Positions 1 through 9,848 of a stretch of DNA of 64,000 nt are shown one piece after another. Below the pieces are notes generated by a model, which did no database searches, was not told where the DNA came from, and was given only the letters and a program-made list of their open reading frames with translations. The stretch is from an uncultured bacterium (lineage in GTDB: Bacteria; Bacillota_I; Bacilli_A; RFN20; CAG-826). A program made the translations under genes and the position numbers. The DNA lies in contig CASFSS010000014.1 of NCBI GenBank assembly GCA_949297445.1, positions 6,819 to 70,818 on the forward strand, read 5' to 3'. Numbering within the stretch: position 1 is the first letter of the stretch; the number at the start of each line of letters is the position of its first letter.

Positions 1-101
1 TAGTTCAATTATTGGAGGATCCTTAGTTCCGTATTCGATATATTCGTACCAATTATTGTCAAGAAGACTATCGGAATCTGTTCTTTGGTCTTTTACGTGA
101 A

Positions 102-575
102 CTCCCTGTTAATACATTAGAATGGAAAACTTATAAATTCTCTGATTTGTTCGAAATTGAAAGAGGCAAAATTACTCAACTCAACGAATTAGAAAATGGC
201 AAATGTCCAATAGTTAGCGCTTATGGAGAAAAACAAGGAATTCAGTTTTTTGGTAATATTGAACCTAAATATGAAAATTGTATTACTGCATCAATGAATG
301 GAAGTGGAACTGGATATTTTTCATATCATGAAGATAAATTTGAGGCTAATTCTGACTGTGGCGTTTTGCTTCCAAAATTTAAACTTAACAAATACATTGG
401 ACTCTTTTTAGTAACAATTGCAAATATGTCTGCATATCGTTATACATATGGAAGAAAATTAACTATTAATAGACTTGAAAATGTAACTAATAAGTTACCT
501 AGTAATGAAAAATTTCCGGACTGGGATTATATGGAAAATTTTATAAAAAATCTCCAATATTCGGACTTGATATAA
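102..575 (+). pseudogene. Restriction-modification specificity (S) subunit, single C-terminal TRD fragment (type I / BcgI-like IIB)
   Basis: Frame reads LPVNTLEWKTYKFSDLFEIERGK...YRYTYGRK...LPSNEKFPDWDYMENFIK, matching TRD start and end motifs. No ATG/RBS upstream, in-frame TAG at 24-26, only one TRD where S subunits usually have two. Confidence 0.7.
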
Positions 576-638
576 AGGAAAGTCGTGTACGGCTTAAAAG
601 AGGTTAGATTTTCACAAGCTACTTATTTAAAAAAATAT

Positions 639-683
639 AAGATTGTTTCTTGGAATTGTAATGGCAAGTTTAGAAAGAAGTTC
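639..683 (+). pseudogene. N-terminal stub of an endonuclease/exonuclease/phosphatase (EEP) family gene
   Basis: Translates KIVSWNCNGKFRKKF, typical first strand of EEP nucleases (xWNxNG); no start codon and similarity stops after about 15 codons. Confidence 0.5.
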
Positions 684-784
684 ACATTTGCCTTCTATTG
701 CATCAAGTATCTTAAGTTGAATTTATACTCAAACGACAAAAACTTCTAACGTAAGCGAAAGCGTGGTATTAAGCATTTATTAAG

Positions 785-1094
785 GGGTTTCGTTTATCTA
801 GTAAGGGTTTCATTTTGCTAGTAGGGTGTCGGCTTGTATCAATTCGATAGCACAAAGACATCTTATAACTAACATTTTGATACAAAGTAAGGGTCTCAAA
901 ATGAACGATATTTGCTCGAGAAATCGGGCTTTTTTTCATTTTTGGCGTTTTGCTAGTAGAGAAAAATTGGTTCGAACAAACGGATTTTAGAATTTATATT
1001 CTACTAGAAAAATGAAAGCCTACTAGATAAACGATACCCCTACTAAAGAAACGTTAGGTTACTAGAAAAACGAAACCCTACTAGAGAAATCGCG
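785..1094. repeat. Array of 19-20 bp imperfect repeats (consensus about CTACTAGAWAAACGAAACC) in both orientations
   Basis: Five tandem copies on + starting at 1001, 1020, 1040, 1059, 1078; inverted copies at 785-804, 805-824 and 942-959. Confidence 0.85.
914..936 (+). terminator. Intrinsic terminator-like hairpin
   Basis: GCTCGA-GAAA-TCGGGC followed by T7. Confidence 0.5.
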
Positions 1095-1173
1095 ATTTCA
1101 ATTTGATCCATTTTAAAACTATTTAATAGACTTTTTAATATATTTAAAGTTAGAAAAGTGATAAGATAATGAT

Positions 1174-1362
1174 ATGTCTGACCAAAACTGGGGAAACAAA
1201 ATATATTCTTATCGACAAAGAAATTTGATCACGCAAAAAGAATTAGCTAAAATTTTGGGCGTTAGTACAGTTTGTGTTTCTAGATGGGAACAATCTCATT
1301 TTGAACCAACTATGAAAGTAAAAAGAAGACTTCAACGCCTCTTTGATAATGAGAAAAAATAG
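1174..1362 (+). CDS. XRE-family helix-turn-helix regulator
   Basis: ITQKELAKILGVSTVCVSRWEQSHFEP Cro/C1-type HTH motif, 62 aa. Confidence 0.85.
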   Translation: MSDQNWGNKIYSYRQRNLITQKELAKILGVSTVCVSRWEQSHFEPTMKVKRRLQRLFDNEKK

Positions 1363-1798
1363 TATGAGTGACACAATATTGCGAAAGAACATCCAACTCT
1401 TAAACATGGTGGATAAAAAAATCCCTTACCATGATGTTTTGGCACTTATCCATAAATATAGCAACAGAGAAATTGGCGTTATTGAAATTGAATCATTTTT
1501 TAGAGATAACTTGAGAATTTGCCATAAGATTTTAGATGCTTTTGATGAATTAGATCGTTCTTATTTTTCTTTAAACTGTCTTCTCTATTTTGGTCTAAAT
1601 TTCATCACCATAGAAAATCTAAAAAATCATTTTCTAACACTAGATCATATTGGGAAAAACATATCATTGCTGGATAGCTTGAACCTGAGAGCGACTATTT
1701 ATAATTCAATTTACGCTTCTTTAAAAGCATTAGATTTATTGCCTAATGCAGAATTTAATTTTGCTCAAATCAAAGTCACACATCATTCTCAATATTAA
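1343..1798 (+). CDS. Hypothetical protein, probably truncated
   Basis: 151 aa ORF coupled to the XRE gene; coding-like sequence with stops and shifts continues to about 1990. Confidence 0.45.
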   Translation: MIMRKNSMSDTILRKNIQLLNMVDKKIPYHDVLALIHKYSNREIGVIEIESFFRDNLRICHKILDAFDELDRSYFSLNCLLYFGLNFITIENLKNHFLTLDHIGKNISLLDSLNLRATIYNSIYASLKALDLLPNAEFNFAQIKVTHHSQY

Positions 1799-2851
1799 GT
1801 GATAATCATCATTCTATACTGTACTTGTGCGCTAATGCAGAAGGCGAAGAATAAAGAATTGTATTGCTTAGACATAAATTCCGTTGAAAAGATAATCATT
1901 AATTATTTAGATTAACTCTTTGTACAAGCCGAAGAATACATTCTCATTTAGATTATAGAAGAATCTCAGGATAAGTTTAATTTGTAACATCAAAAGCGGT
2001 TTTTATAGTTGAAGTTGAAAAATTAAATCTTTTCGTTACACATTCTTAAAATCGAAAGCATATAAAGGCATAAAACCGCTTGATGAAAACGAACAAGATG
2101 CAGGAACGATTAAAAACCGTTAATTAGTAAATTTTGATACAACAAAACTTACGTTGATGAGATACAAAATTCACGTTTGCATCATTTATGATACTATCTC
2201 CAGTTTAAAATTGGACCTATTAAAGAACGCCGCAACCTCCTACATAAAAATATGTAAGGTCAAAATTTTGGAAAATAAGATTTTAAAATCCATTAAAAAA
2301 ATCCTAATTTATGGCATAGATTTCAAAAGAAACAAAACAACAAATGCATAAATTTATCATAAAGACAGTAAGCTAAATAAGGAAACAGCAAAACTAACTG
2401 AAGAAAAAAAGCTAATCTTGTAGTGGCTCATAATATGTTTTTAATTTTAGCCGAAGATTAAGCCTATTTCTCTAGATAAATATAAAAACCACTACGATAA
2501 GCAGATAGCGGTGGTTAATGAGAAGATTCAAGAAAAGACTTTTGATAAATTTAACAAAGAATCTAAATGCAAAAATATCAAATTTTTTATTTATTTATAA
2601 GTAAGATGAATGAATTACTAAAGAATACGATAAATGCAAATTCTGTTTCTTAGTTGAACCCGTCCAGAAGAGGACTTGAGATAAAAATTTAGTTTAAATT
2701 CTTCGATGAATTAAGAGAAATGTACTTTTGTGAAAAAACATAGACATGCTAAGAAGAAACAAATATCATAATTTTTTAAAAAAACAACCAAAAATGGTCT
2801 AAAAACAAAAAAACTATTGAAACTTAAAAATATGCACTTATAATAGTAATT

Positions 2852-4246
2852 ATGAATAAACCAATAATTGATGTGAGATTAGTCGGCGTCTCATTTAAAA
2901 ACATTAAAAATATTGCTGATGCTAGAATAGTTTTTCCTATTGAAACTGATGCTGATAAAAATGGTAGAAATAACATTTTTGGCATCTATGGCCCAAACGG
3001 AACCGGAAAAACATCTTTAATTAACTCTCTTTCCATTTTGAAATCTGTTCTTTGTGAAATTCCATTGGACGTTAGTGTTTTTAATGTAATGAACGTAGCA
3101 AATAAATCATCTAGTTTCGTTTTTGAATTTAACATTAAAAACAATGAAGAACAATACTTTGTTGAGTATTCCTTTTCGATTGAAAAACAAACTAATGATT
3201 TTGTAAATTCTTTACCTGGTGTAAGTGTTTCAAACGAATGTGTGAAGTATAAAAAAACAAGTAGTGATGAAAATTTAAAAAAACTGATATCTGTTGATTT
3301 AAATGGTTCAATCAATGTTGACTTCATTAAACCTGAAAAACTATTTTTAAATTTAATGAAAAACCCTAAATTTTATTCCGACGTTATCAAACTTGCTATA
3401 AGCGCAAAAGCAACGCATAAGTCATTTGTTTTTTCTCAACAATTTCTTAAAATACTGAATAATTCTGAAATTTTTGATAAATCACTATTTGGAATACTGA
3501 ATCAAATTAAATTATTTGGCATTATGAGTCTTTTTGTTATTGATCAAATAAACAACAATAATATTTCGTTGAATCTTGGTTTTAGGCATATAGATGAAAA
3601 TGGAGTAGGCACTTCTTTAGGAGTAATTGGCCTTGGTATAAATTGTATGCGTGCCACTGATTACAAGTACTATAAAAAATCTATTCAAGAGGCAAATTTG
3701 GTGCTGGAGAAAATAATTCCTGGATTGTCTATAGAAACTTCTTTTGAAAGGTCAGTTGCTTTGCAAAACGGTGAAGCAGGAATTTCATTTCAACTTATTT
3801 CAAAAAGAGATGGTAAACTGATTCCTTTTTCTTGTGAGTCAAACGGTATTCGTTCGATTTTTTCAGCGCTTTCTTTGTTAATTGCCGCATACAATGATCC
3901 TTCTGTTTGTTTAGCAATTGATGAATTTGATGCAGGGGTTTTTGAACATTTGTTAGGATCCATTGTTAAGATTTATGCTGAATCAGGGAAGGGACTTTTC
4001 ATTTTTACTTCCCACAATTTGAGGCCTTTAGAAATATTGCCTAGGTCAAATGTATACTTCACAACTAATGAAGAAAAACTTTTTGACACTGCACGATATA
4101 CGAAAAAAGAATTAAATAGAAGAAATTTATACTTGCGTTCCTTAGCGCTTGAAGATGACACTAATTTAATTTTGGACAATGCAAAAGAGTATGAAATTAA
4201 AAACATTTTGAGGAGAATTGCTAATGGAGACGACTCAAAAAAATGA
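2852..4246 (+). CDS. ABC/AAA ATPase (AAA_21 / AriA / RloA-like)
   Basis: N-terminal SFKNI, Walker A GPNGTGKT, signature ESNGIRS, Walker B LAIDEFDAG, H-loop FTSHN. Confidence 0.9.
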   Translation: MNKPIIDVRLVGVSFKNIKNIADARIVFPIETDADKNGRNNIFGIYGPNGTGKTSLINSLSILKSVLCEIPLDVSVFNVMNVANKSSSFVFEFNIKNNEEQYFVEYSFSIEKQTNDFVNSLPGVSVSNECVKYKKTSSDENLKKLISVDLNGSINVDFIKPEKLFLNLMKNPKFYSDVIKLAISAKATHKSFVFSQQFLKILNNSEIFDKSLFGILNQIKLFGIMSLFVIDQINNNNISLNLGFRHIDENGVGTSLGVIGLGINCMRATDYKYYKKSIQEANLVLEKIIPGLSIETSFERSVALQNGEAGISFQLISKRDGKLIPFSCESNGIRSIFSALSLLIAAYNDPSVCLAIDEFDAGVFEHLLGSIVKIYAESGKGLFIFTSHNLRPLEILPRSNVYFTTNEEKLFDTARYTKKELNRRNLYLRSLALEDDTNLILDNAKEYEIKNILRRIANGDDSKK

Positions 4247-4964
4247 AAAAACAAAAAAAGTTGTTGTTGTAATTGTCGAAGGCACAACAGATAAAGACAC
4301 GTTTCAAGGTTACCTAAATAGACTAGGTAATAATAAAAAAGTTTTTTTCAGCGTATGCCGTGGAGATATAAATAGTTCATATGACTATGATGAAAAATCA
4401 TCAAATGATATTATTAAAGATATTGTTAAAGAAAATGCTGCTGAGGAACATTATTGCATAGATGACATTGCTCTTATTGTTCAATTAACAGATACGGATG
4501 GCGTGTTTTGTGATGATAATGTTGTTGAATTTGACTCATCTCTTAAAAGAAACGACAAACCTATTTATTCAAACGAAAAAATCAAAGTTAACGATGTTGA
4601 AAAATTTTTAAAAACCAAATTATACAAAAAACAACGATTGAACGATTGTATTAATCTAAAAGAAATTGAATTTAAATTGACGCAAAAAATTAAATATGAA
4701 ATTTATTATATGTCATGTAACTTAGAAAGTGCTCTATACAACATATATACAAACGATTTTGAATATAAGGAAAATTTGGCTCAAAAATTCGCACTTCAAT
4801 ACGCCGAAGGGGAAGAACATAAATTTATTAAGTTTATGGAAAGCATAAACGCTTCGAAAACATTGGACCTTAACGAAAGTTGGAAATACATAAAAACAGG
4901 CAACAATTCTTTGAAATCGTGTTCTAATTTCGTTATTTTCTTATATAAATTAACGGAGAAGTGA
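4224..4964 (+). CDS. TOPRIM-fold putative nuclease (OLD/RloB/AriB-like partner of the ATPase)
   Basis: VVIVEGTTDKDTF (EGxxD), QLTDTDG (DxD), SCNLE motif; RBS AGGAG at 4211; overlaps ATPase 3' end. Confidence 0.75.
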   Translation: METTQKNEKTKKVVVVIVEGTTDKDTFQGYLNRLGNNKKVFFSVCRGDINSSYDYDEKSSNDIIKDIVKENAAEEHYCIDDIALIVQLTDTDGVFCDDNVVEFDSSLKRNDKPIYSNEKIKVNDVEKFLKTKLYKKQRLNDCINLKEIEFKLTQKIKYEIYYMSCNLESALYNIYTNDFEYKENLAQKFALQYAEGEEHKFIKFMESINASKTLDLNESWKYIKTGNNSLKSCSNFVIFLYKLTEK

Positions 4965-4997
4965 TAACAAAAGATTTAAAAATAAAGGAGAAATAAA

Positions 4998-5399
4998 ATG
5001 GAAAGAGTTAAAAATGTCATTTGGATTTGTGCAAGAAAAAAAGATTTTGCCGATTTGCCAGAAGAAAGCGGCATATATGTCATTGTTGCTGCCATGACAA
5101 ATGGTAAAAATTATGTTTTTTATTCTGGTCAAACGAATAATATCAAAAAAAGAGCACTTGAACATTGGTCAGATGCTGAACCGAATGAAAAAATAATGAA
5201 TATTATTAGCAAACATGGAAACAGTATTTTTATGTACTATGCTCTTGTTCATGGAAATTCATTGGATGGGCATGAAAGGTTTTTATATGAAACTTTTGAG
5301 CCACAAGCCCAAAGTAGGGTCCCTAATGTTGAATCTAAACCAGTTAGCTTAGATTCACATTTTGCAAAAGGAAAAATTAATGAGAAATACTTTGAATAA
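4998..5399 (+). CDS. GIY-YIG nuclease family protein
   Basis: LPEESGIYVI...FYSGQTNNIKKRALEHW and downstream Glu (HERFL); RBS AAGGAG. Confidence 0.85.
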   Translation: MERVKNVIWICARKKDFADLPEESGIYVIVAAMTNGKNYVFYSGQTNNIKKRALEHWSDAEPNEKIMNIISKHGNSIFMYYALVHGNSLDGHERFLYETFEPQAQSRVPNVESKPVSLDSHFAKGKINEKYFE

Positions 5400-5783
5400 T
5401 TTATTTAAGAATTTTACTTAATCTTGCTTGGCAGATCACTACTATTTAATGTCATACAACATATAATTATTTTGCATATTAGACAATAGTTTCACACGTT
5501 ATATAACTAAAATTTTGACATAAATAATGAACTAAGGTGATTGATATATGCTCGAAAAAGCGTTTTTTAATTTTTATCTTTTTACTATGAGATAAAACCG
5601 GTTCTATTAGGAAAGCGACGGCTATACTAACAAAGCAATACTTATAGTCATGTTTTTTATATTTTTCAGTATTCGAAGGGCAATTTTGGTGAATTTATGA
5701 TAAATTTATAATAAAATAATTAAATATACAATCAAGGCAATGTCTAAACTGTTTAAAGTTTCAAATTGGAGTGTGATGCAATA

Positions 5784-7033
5784 ATGGCTGATAGATTTTT
5801 CTCAAATTCGGTTCAATATCAAGCCGTTTTAAAAAATTTAAAACAAAATAATGGACAATTGAAATGTGCGCATTGTGGCAAGGTATTGGTATCGAAGTCA
5901 GAGTGTCATTTTGATCATATTTTGGCTTATGCGAAAGGTGGTAAATCTACTTTAGATAATTGCCAAATTTTGTGTAACAATTGTAATCTTGCCAAGACTA
6001 ATAAAGACCTCCGTGAGTTTGTTTTAGAAGAAAAAGCCAAAAAATTTATAGCCGGTGAATCAATCTCTGACGAGTTAAAAGAACAAACGATTTTAGAAAC
6101 TTCTTCTTCAAAGCTTATGACAAGAGAGATTTTTGATAATTTAGTATCTAATTTTATTAATGAAAAAGGCGATATTAAGAAGATAGATTTTATTAGGGAA
6201 AGAAACGGGCTCCCATCCATTACTTATGTAAATAAATTTTATGGTTCAATAACAAATCTTAAATTGCATTTTGGTTTAAAAATTGATAGAAGCTGGAATA
6301 GAGAATCAATATGGAAAAGACTAATAGAATACGGGAGTGTAAATCCTGATTTTAAGCAAAGAGATTTAATTAAAACAAATGATTTGCCATCACTTCATTG
6401 TATTCTTGCGTACTTTCCAGAATACAAAAAATTTAATGATATAAAAAAGCTTTAGGTTTTAATATCAATTATGAGTTATGGACCAAAGAGAATGTCGTAA
6501 AAGTTTCTAAAGAATTTTTAGCTTCTCACGATAAAATAACTTTAAAGGATTTAAAAAGTAAAAATGGTTTACCAGCTGCTAGTGTTATTTATAAATTTTA
6601 TGGAACAATGGAAAATTATCAAAAGCAAATTGGCTCTATTGTCTCCAAACCACATACGTTTATTTCCAAAGAACAGATAATTAAAATAACAAATAATATA
6701 AAAAGTAAATATGGTTCAGTATTTGAGACAAGAAAGGATTTTTTAAAAGTTTATCCATATGGTGAATCTTCTATTTATGAGCGTTTTGGAACTTTCGATA
6801 ATTTTTTAAAAGAAACTGACATCAAAATTATTAATACTAAAAAAGCTAAATATACCAAACAAGAAATTGATGATTTGATTTTAAACTACTTAAAAGACGG
6901 AAATAAAATTCCTAGAACATGTAAAGAACTGACTGAATTAAATCTTCCATCAATGTATACAATAATGAGATTTTACGAATCATGGAGAGAACCTTTTATA
7001 GTATTTTCAAAAATATTGGATATTGGCAAATAA
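5784..7033 (+). pseudogene. HNH endonuclease with C-terminal helical repeats, split by a 1-nt frameshift
   Basis: CAHCG...HFDHILAYAKGGKSTLDNCQILCNNCNLAK HNH motif; one extra A in the A6 run at 6443-6448 joins ORF 5766-6455 to the frame of ORF 6608-7033 (about 416 aa). Confidence 0.85.
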
Positions 7034-7088
7034 TTAAAGCAATTCTAAAGAAAAATTTTTGATATATTTTGAGGAAAAAATATAAATT

Positions 7089-7730
7089 ATGATTTCAAAT
7101 AACAATTTGCTATGGCGATATTATGTAAGAACGGGAAAACAAATTTTTATTTTACTGCCATTATTTTGTTTGTGTTTTTCTTCTTGCTCAAATTGACTTA
7201 AATATTCAAAAGGATACGACCATGAAATTGAGCTATCGCCTATTGAAACGGCTTATTATTTAGAAAAAGATCAATTTGGGTACAATGAAGATGTAAATGT
7301 TTGTATTAGTTACGGACATAATGGAGTAACTAATAATATTCCTGATGAAAATAAAAATTTACCTTTTTGCTTATTTTTGAATTATGGCAAAGAAGATTCA
7401 GAAAGCGAAAATGATTATAGACAATATAACGGATTCGAACTTATTGAAGAGGTCGAGCCAAAAAAATATAAAAATGATTATTTGTATTCTCATGATGGAT
7501 ACAGTTCAAAAAGATTTAATCATACGGTTGATTTTACATTTCTTATGATTATTTTGAATCTCTTTTGTCTATAATAAAACCCCATATAGCACATCATTCA
7601 AGTTTGTCGCTGCTCAGTTTTATAAAGACAAAAAAACTAATCCATATATATATGACGCAAGATGTGCTGAAATAGAGTTTAATTTTTCGATTAATGCAGA
7701 CAGCCAGAATATAAAATTAAATTTTAAATA
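7089..7730 (+). pseudogene. Degraded lipoprotein gene
   Basis: ATG 7089, signal KQIFILLPLFCLCFSSC, in-frame TGA at 7194-7196, same frame continues through ORF 7377-7574, further frameshifts near 7540-7580. Confidence 0.55.
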
Positions 7731-9025
7731 ATTGACATCATATTGCCCAATGCTGTGCTTTCAATAGGTCCTTTTATTACTTTTATTCCGGTTATTTCTT
7801 CGATTAAATTATTTAAAAGTTCATTTTTAACGCCGCCGCCAAAAACGGTGATAGTTTGATATTTTTTCTTTGTTATTTTTTCTAAATCTAAGATAGTTTT
7901 ATTGTATAAAAGGGCTAGCGAATGGAAAACACTGAAGTATAGTTCGCCATCATTGTCTGGTTCTTGATATCCACTAGCTAATAATAATTTAATTATTTTT
8001 TGTTTTAAATTTTTTGGCGAATGAAGTGTTTGATCATTAACATTAAATGTTCCGTCATAATGTCTATTCGCTTCGGCTAATAAAACAGCTTCCTTAATAT
8101 CAATATGTTTTGTGTTTTCTTTGATTAATTCATTTATTAGCCACATTCCGGTAATATTTTTTAAGAAACGTATTGTATTCTTTATGCCTAATTCATTTGA
8201 TAATCCATCTTTGTATGCGTTTTCGTTTATAATTGGATGTATTAAATTCACACCGATTAAACTCCAAGTGCCGGAAGACAAAAGTATCGAATCATCTTTA
8301 GCGTTAGAGCCAAAAAACGACGAAGCAGTATCGTGCTGAAGCGAAGCATAAACTTGTGCTTGATATCCAACTGTCTTTGCGATTGCATCCTTAAATTTAC
8401 CAATCAAGGTGCCGCTTGCTATAGGCTTAACTAAAAAGTCTCTTTTAACATTGAGCATATTCATTATTTTATCAACTGGTCTTTTTGTTCTTGTGTCAAT
8501 AATGCCAGTGGTGGACAGACTAGAATACTCGTTATTCAAAACACCGGTTAATAAATATGTTAAATATGATGATAACATTAGAAAATGTTTCGCGTTTTTT
8601 AATCTACCAGTTCTTTTATCATCTAGTAGTTGATAAATGGTGTTATATCCTAATGGTTGTACACCTGTTAGGAAAAACATCTCCTCATTCCTATTTAATG
8701 ATTGCATGACTCGATATCCGCGATCATCGCGATATGAATAAACAGGATAAATAGCTTTTAAATCAGCATCTAGCAAAACATAGTCTACACCAAAAGTATC
8801 AATGCCAATGCGCGAAGGAATTTTCTTTAGCTCTTTGGCTACTTGAAGGCCTTTTAAAACGTTTTCAAATAAATCATCGATATCCCAATAAAAATGGTCG
8901 TTTTCTTTGATGATTTTTGTTTGAAATCGATATATTTCTTCGATAATTAATTCGTTGTTTAAATAATAACCGATTATGTGTCTTCCCGAGGTAGCGCCTA
9001 TATCAATCGCCAAATAATATGTCAT
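7724..9025 (-). CDS. rhaB: Rhamnulokinase
   Basis: LAIDIGATSGR, IGIDTFGVDY, YRDDR, HDTASS, SSGTWSL, RFLKNITGMW, GGG..N, ESTALGN; adjacent to rhaD and rhaA. Confidence 0.95.
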   Translation of the reverse strand: MTYYLAIDIGATSGRHIIGYYLNNELIIEEIYRFQTKIIKENDHFYWDIDDLFENVLKGLQVAKELKKIPSRIGIDTFGVDYVLLDADLKAIYPVYSYRDDRGYRVMQSLNRNEEMFFLTGVQPLGYNTIYQLLDDKRTGRLKNAKHFLMLSSYLTYLLTGVLNNEYSSLSTTGIIDTRTKRPVDKIMNMLNVKRDFLVKPIASGTLIGKFKDAIAKTVGYQAQVYASLQHDTASSFFGSNAKDDSILLSSGTWSLIGVNLIHPIINENAYKDGLSNELGIKNTIRFLKNITGMWLINELIKENTKHIDIKEAVLLAEANRHYDGTFNVNDQTLHSPKNLKQKIIKLLLASGYQEPDNDGELYFSVFHSLALLYNKTILDLEKITKKKYQTITVFGGGVKNELLNNLIEEITGIKVIKGPIESTALGNMMSII

Positions 9026-9846
9026 TTCAAATATCCTTTAACAGGAGTAACATTAAATCTTTTTGCGACATCTTTGATGCCTTGATCAGTTATATCGTTA
9101 ATAATTTCTAGATGATTATGTGTTAGTAAAAATATCTGCGCTGATTTTTCAATGGTTTCAATTAGTCCAAAGGCATCATCAAGATTATTTTCGCAACCAT
9201 AAATGCCGTGTAGTGGCCATATTACGCATCTTGTTTTTTTCATTTTTTCTGCTGTTTCTTCGCCGATTTTTTGCGTTCCACATACTTGCCAAGGAATTAA
9301 TCCGACGCCATCAGGATAAACAATTACACTTTCGGTCATTGTTCGCCACAAATCGACCGTCAAAGATTTTTCATCCAATTTGTGCACGTGCGTTAGCGCT
9401 AAAATGTAAAGAGGATGCGTATGCATGACAACGTGGTGGTTAGGATCGATTTTTAATCTCGTTGAATGACATAATAAATGTGCGTAAATTTCACTCGTAA
9501 ATGTTCCATTATTTTCAAAGCCCCATATTACTTCTGCTTTCGTACCATCTTGAGATATTCGCATTACTCCGATGTTTGTCTTTGGATCATTTTTAACATT
9601 TCGAAAATATTTTGTTGTGCCGGTAATAACGAAAACCAAGCCTCTAATATTTTCGTTTGCAATTAAGGGAAGGGGAATGGTTCTTTTCGTTTTGGCTTTG
9701 CCAAACACTCGTTTAACTTCTTCCTCATCCATTAAAACAGAAATATTTCCGCCATTTTTTTCATCCCAGCCTAGACGATACATGTTATCGATGATTTCGA
9801 TAAACTTTTTTATTGTTTCGCTTTTATTGATAATGTTGGCTTTCAT
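9022..9846 (-). CDS. rhaD: Rhamnulose-1-phosphate aldolase
   Basis: GWDEKNGGNIS, KYFRNV, TSE..AHL, VMHTHP, HGIYG, FGLIETIEKSAQI. Confidence 0.95.
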   Translation of the reverse strand: MKANIINKSETIKKFIEIIDNMYRLGWDEKNGGNISVLMDEEEVKRVFGKAKTKRTIPLPLIANENIRGLVFVITGTTKYFRNVKNDPKTNIGVMRISQDGTKAEVIWGFENNGTFTSEIYAHLLCHSTRLKIDPNHHVVMHTHPLYILALTHVHKLDEKSLTVDLWRTMTESVIVYPDGVGLIPWQVCGTQKIGEETAEKMKKTRCVIWPLHGIYGCENNLDDAFGLIETIEKSAQIFLLTHNHLEIINDITDQGIKDVAKRFNVTPVKGYLK

Positions 9847-9848
9847 TT

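Noticed and set aside
1001-1094. CRISPR array
   Set aside because: Units are directly tandem, 19-20 bp and degenerate, with no unique spacers and no cas genes.
2154-2351. 65 aa ORF
   Set aside because: TTG start, no RBS, AT-rich low-complexity composition, overlaps repeat motifs; probably spurious.
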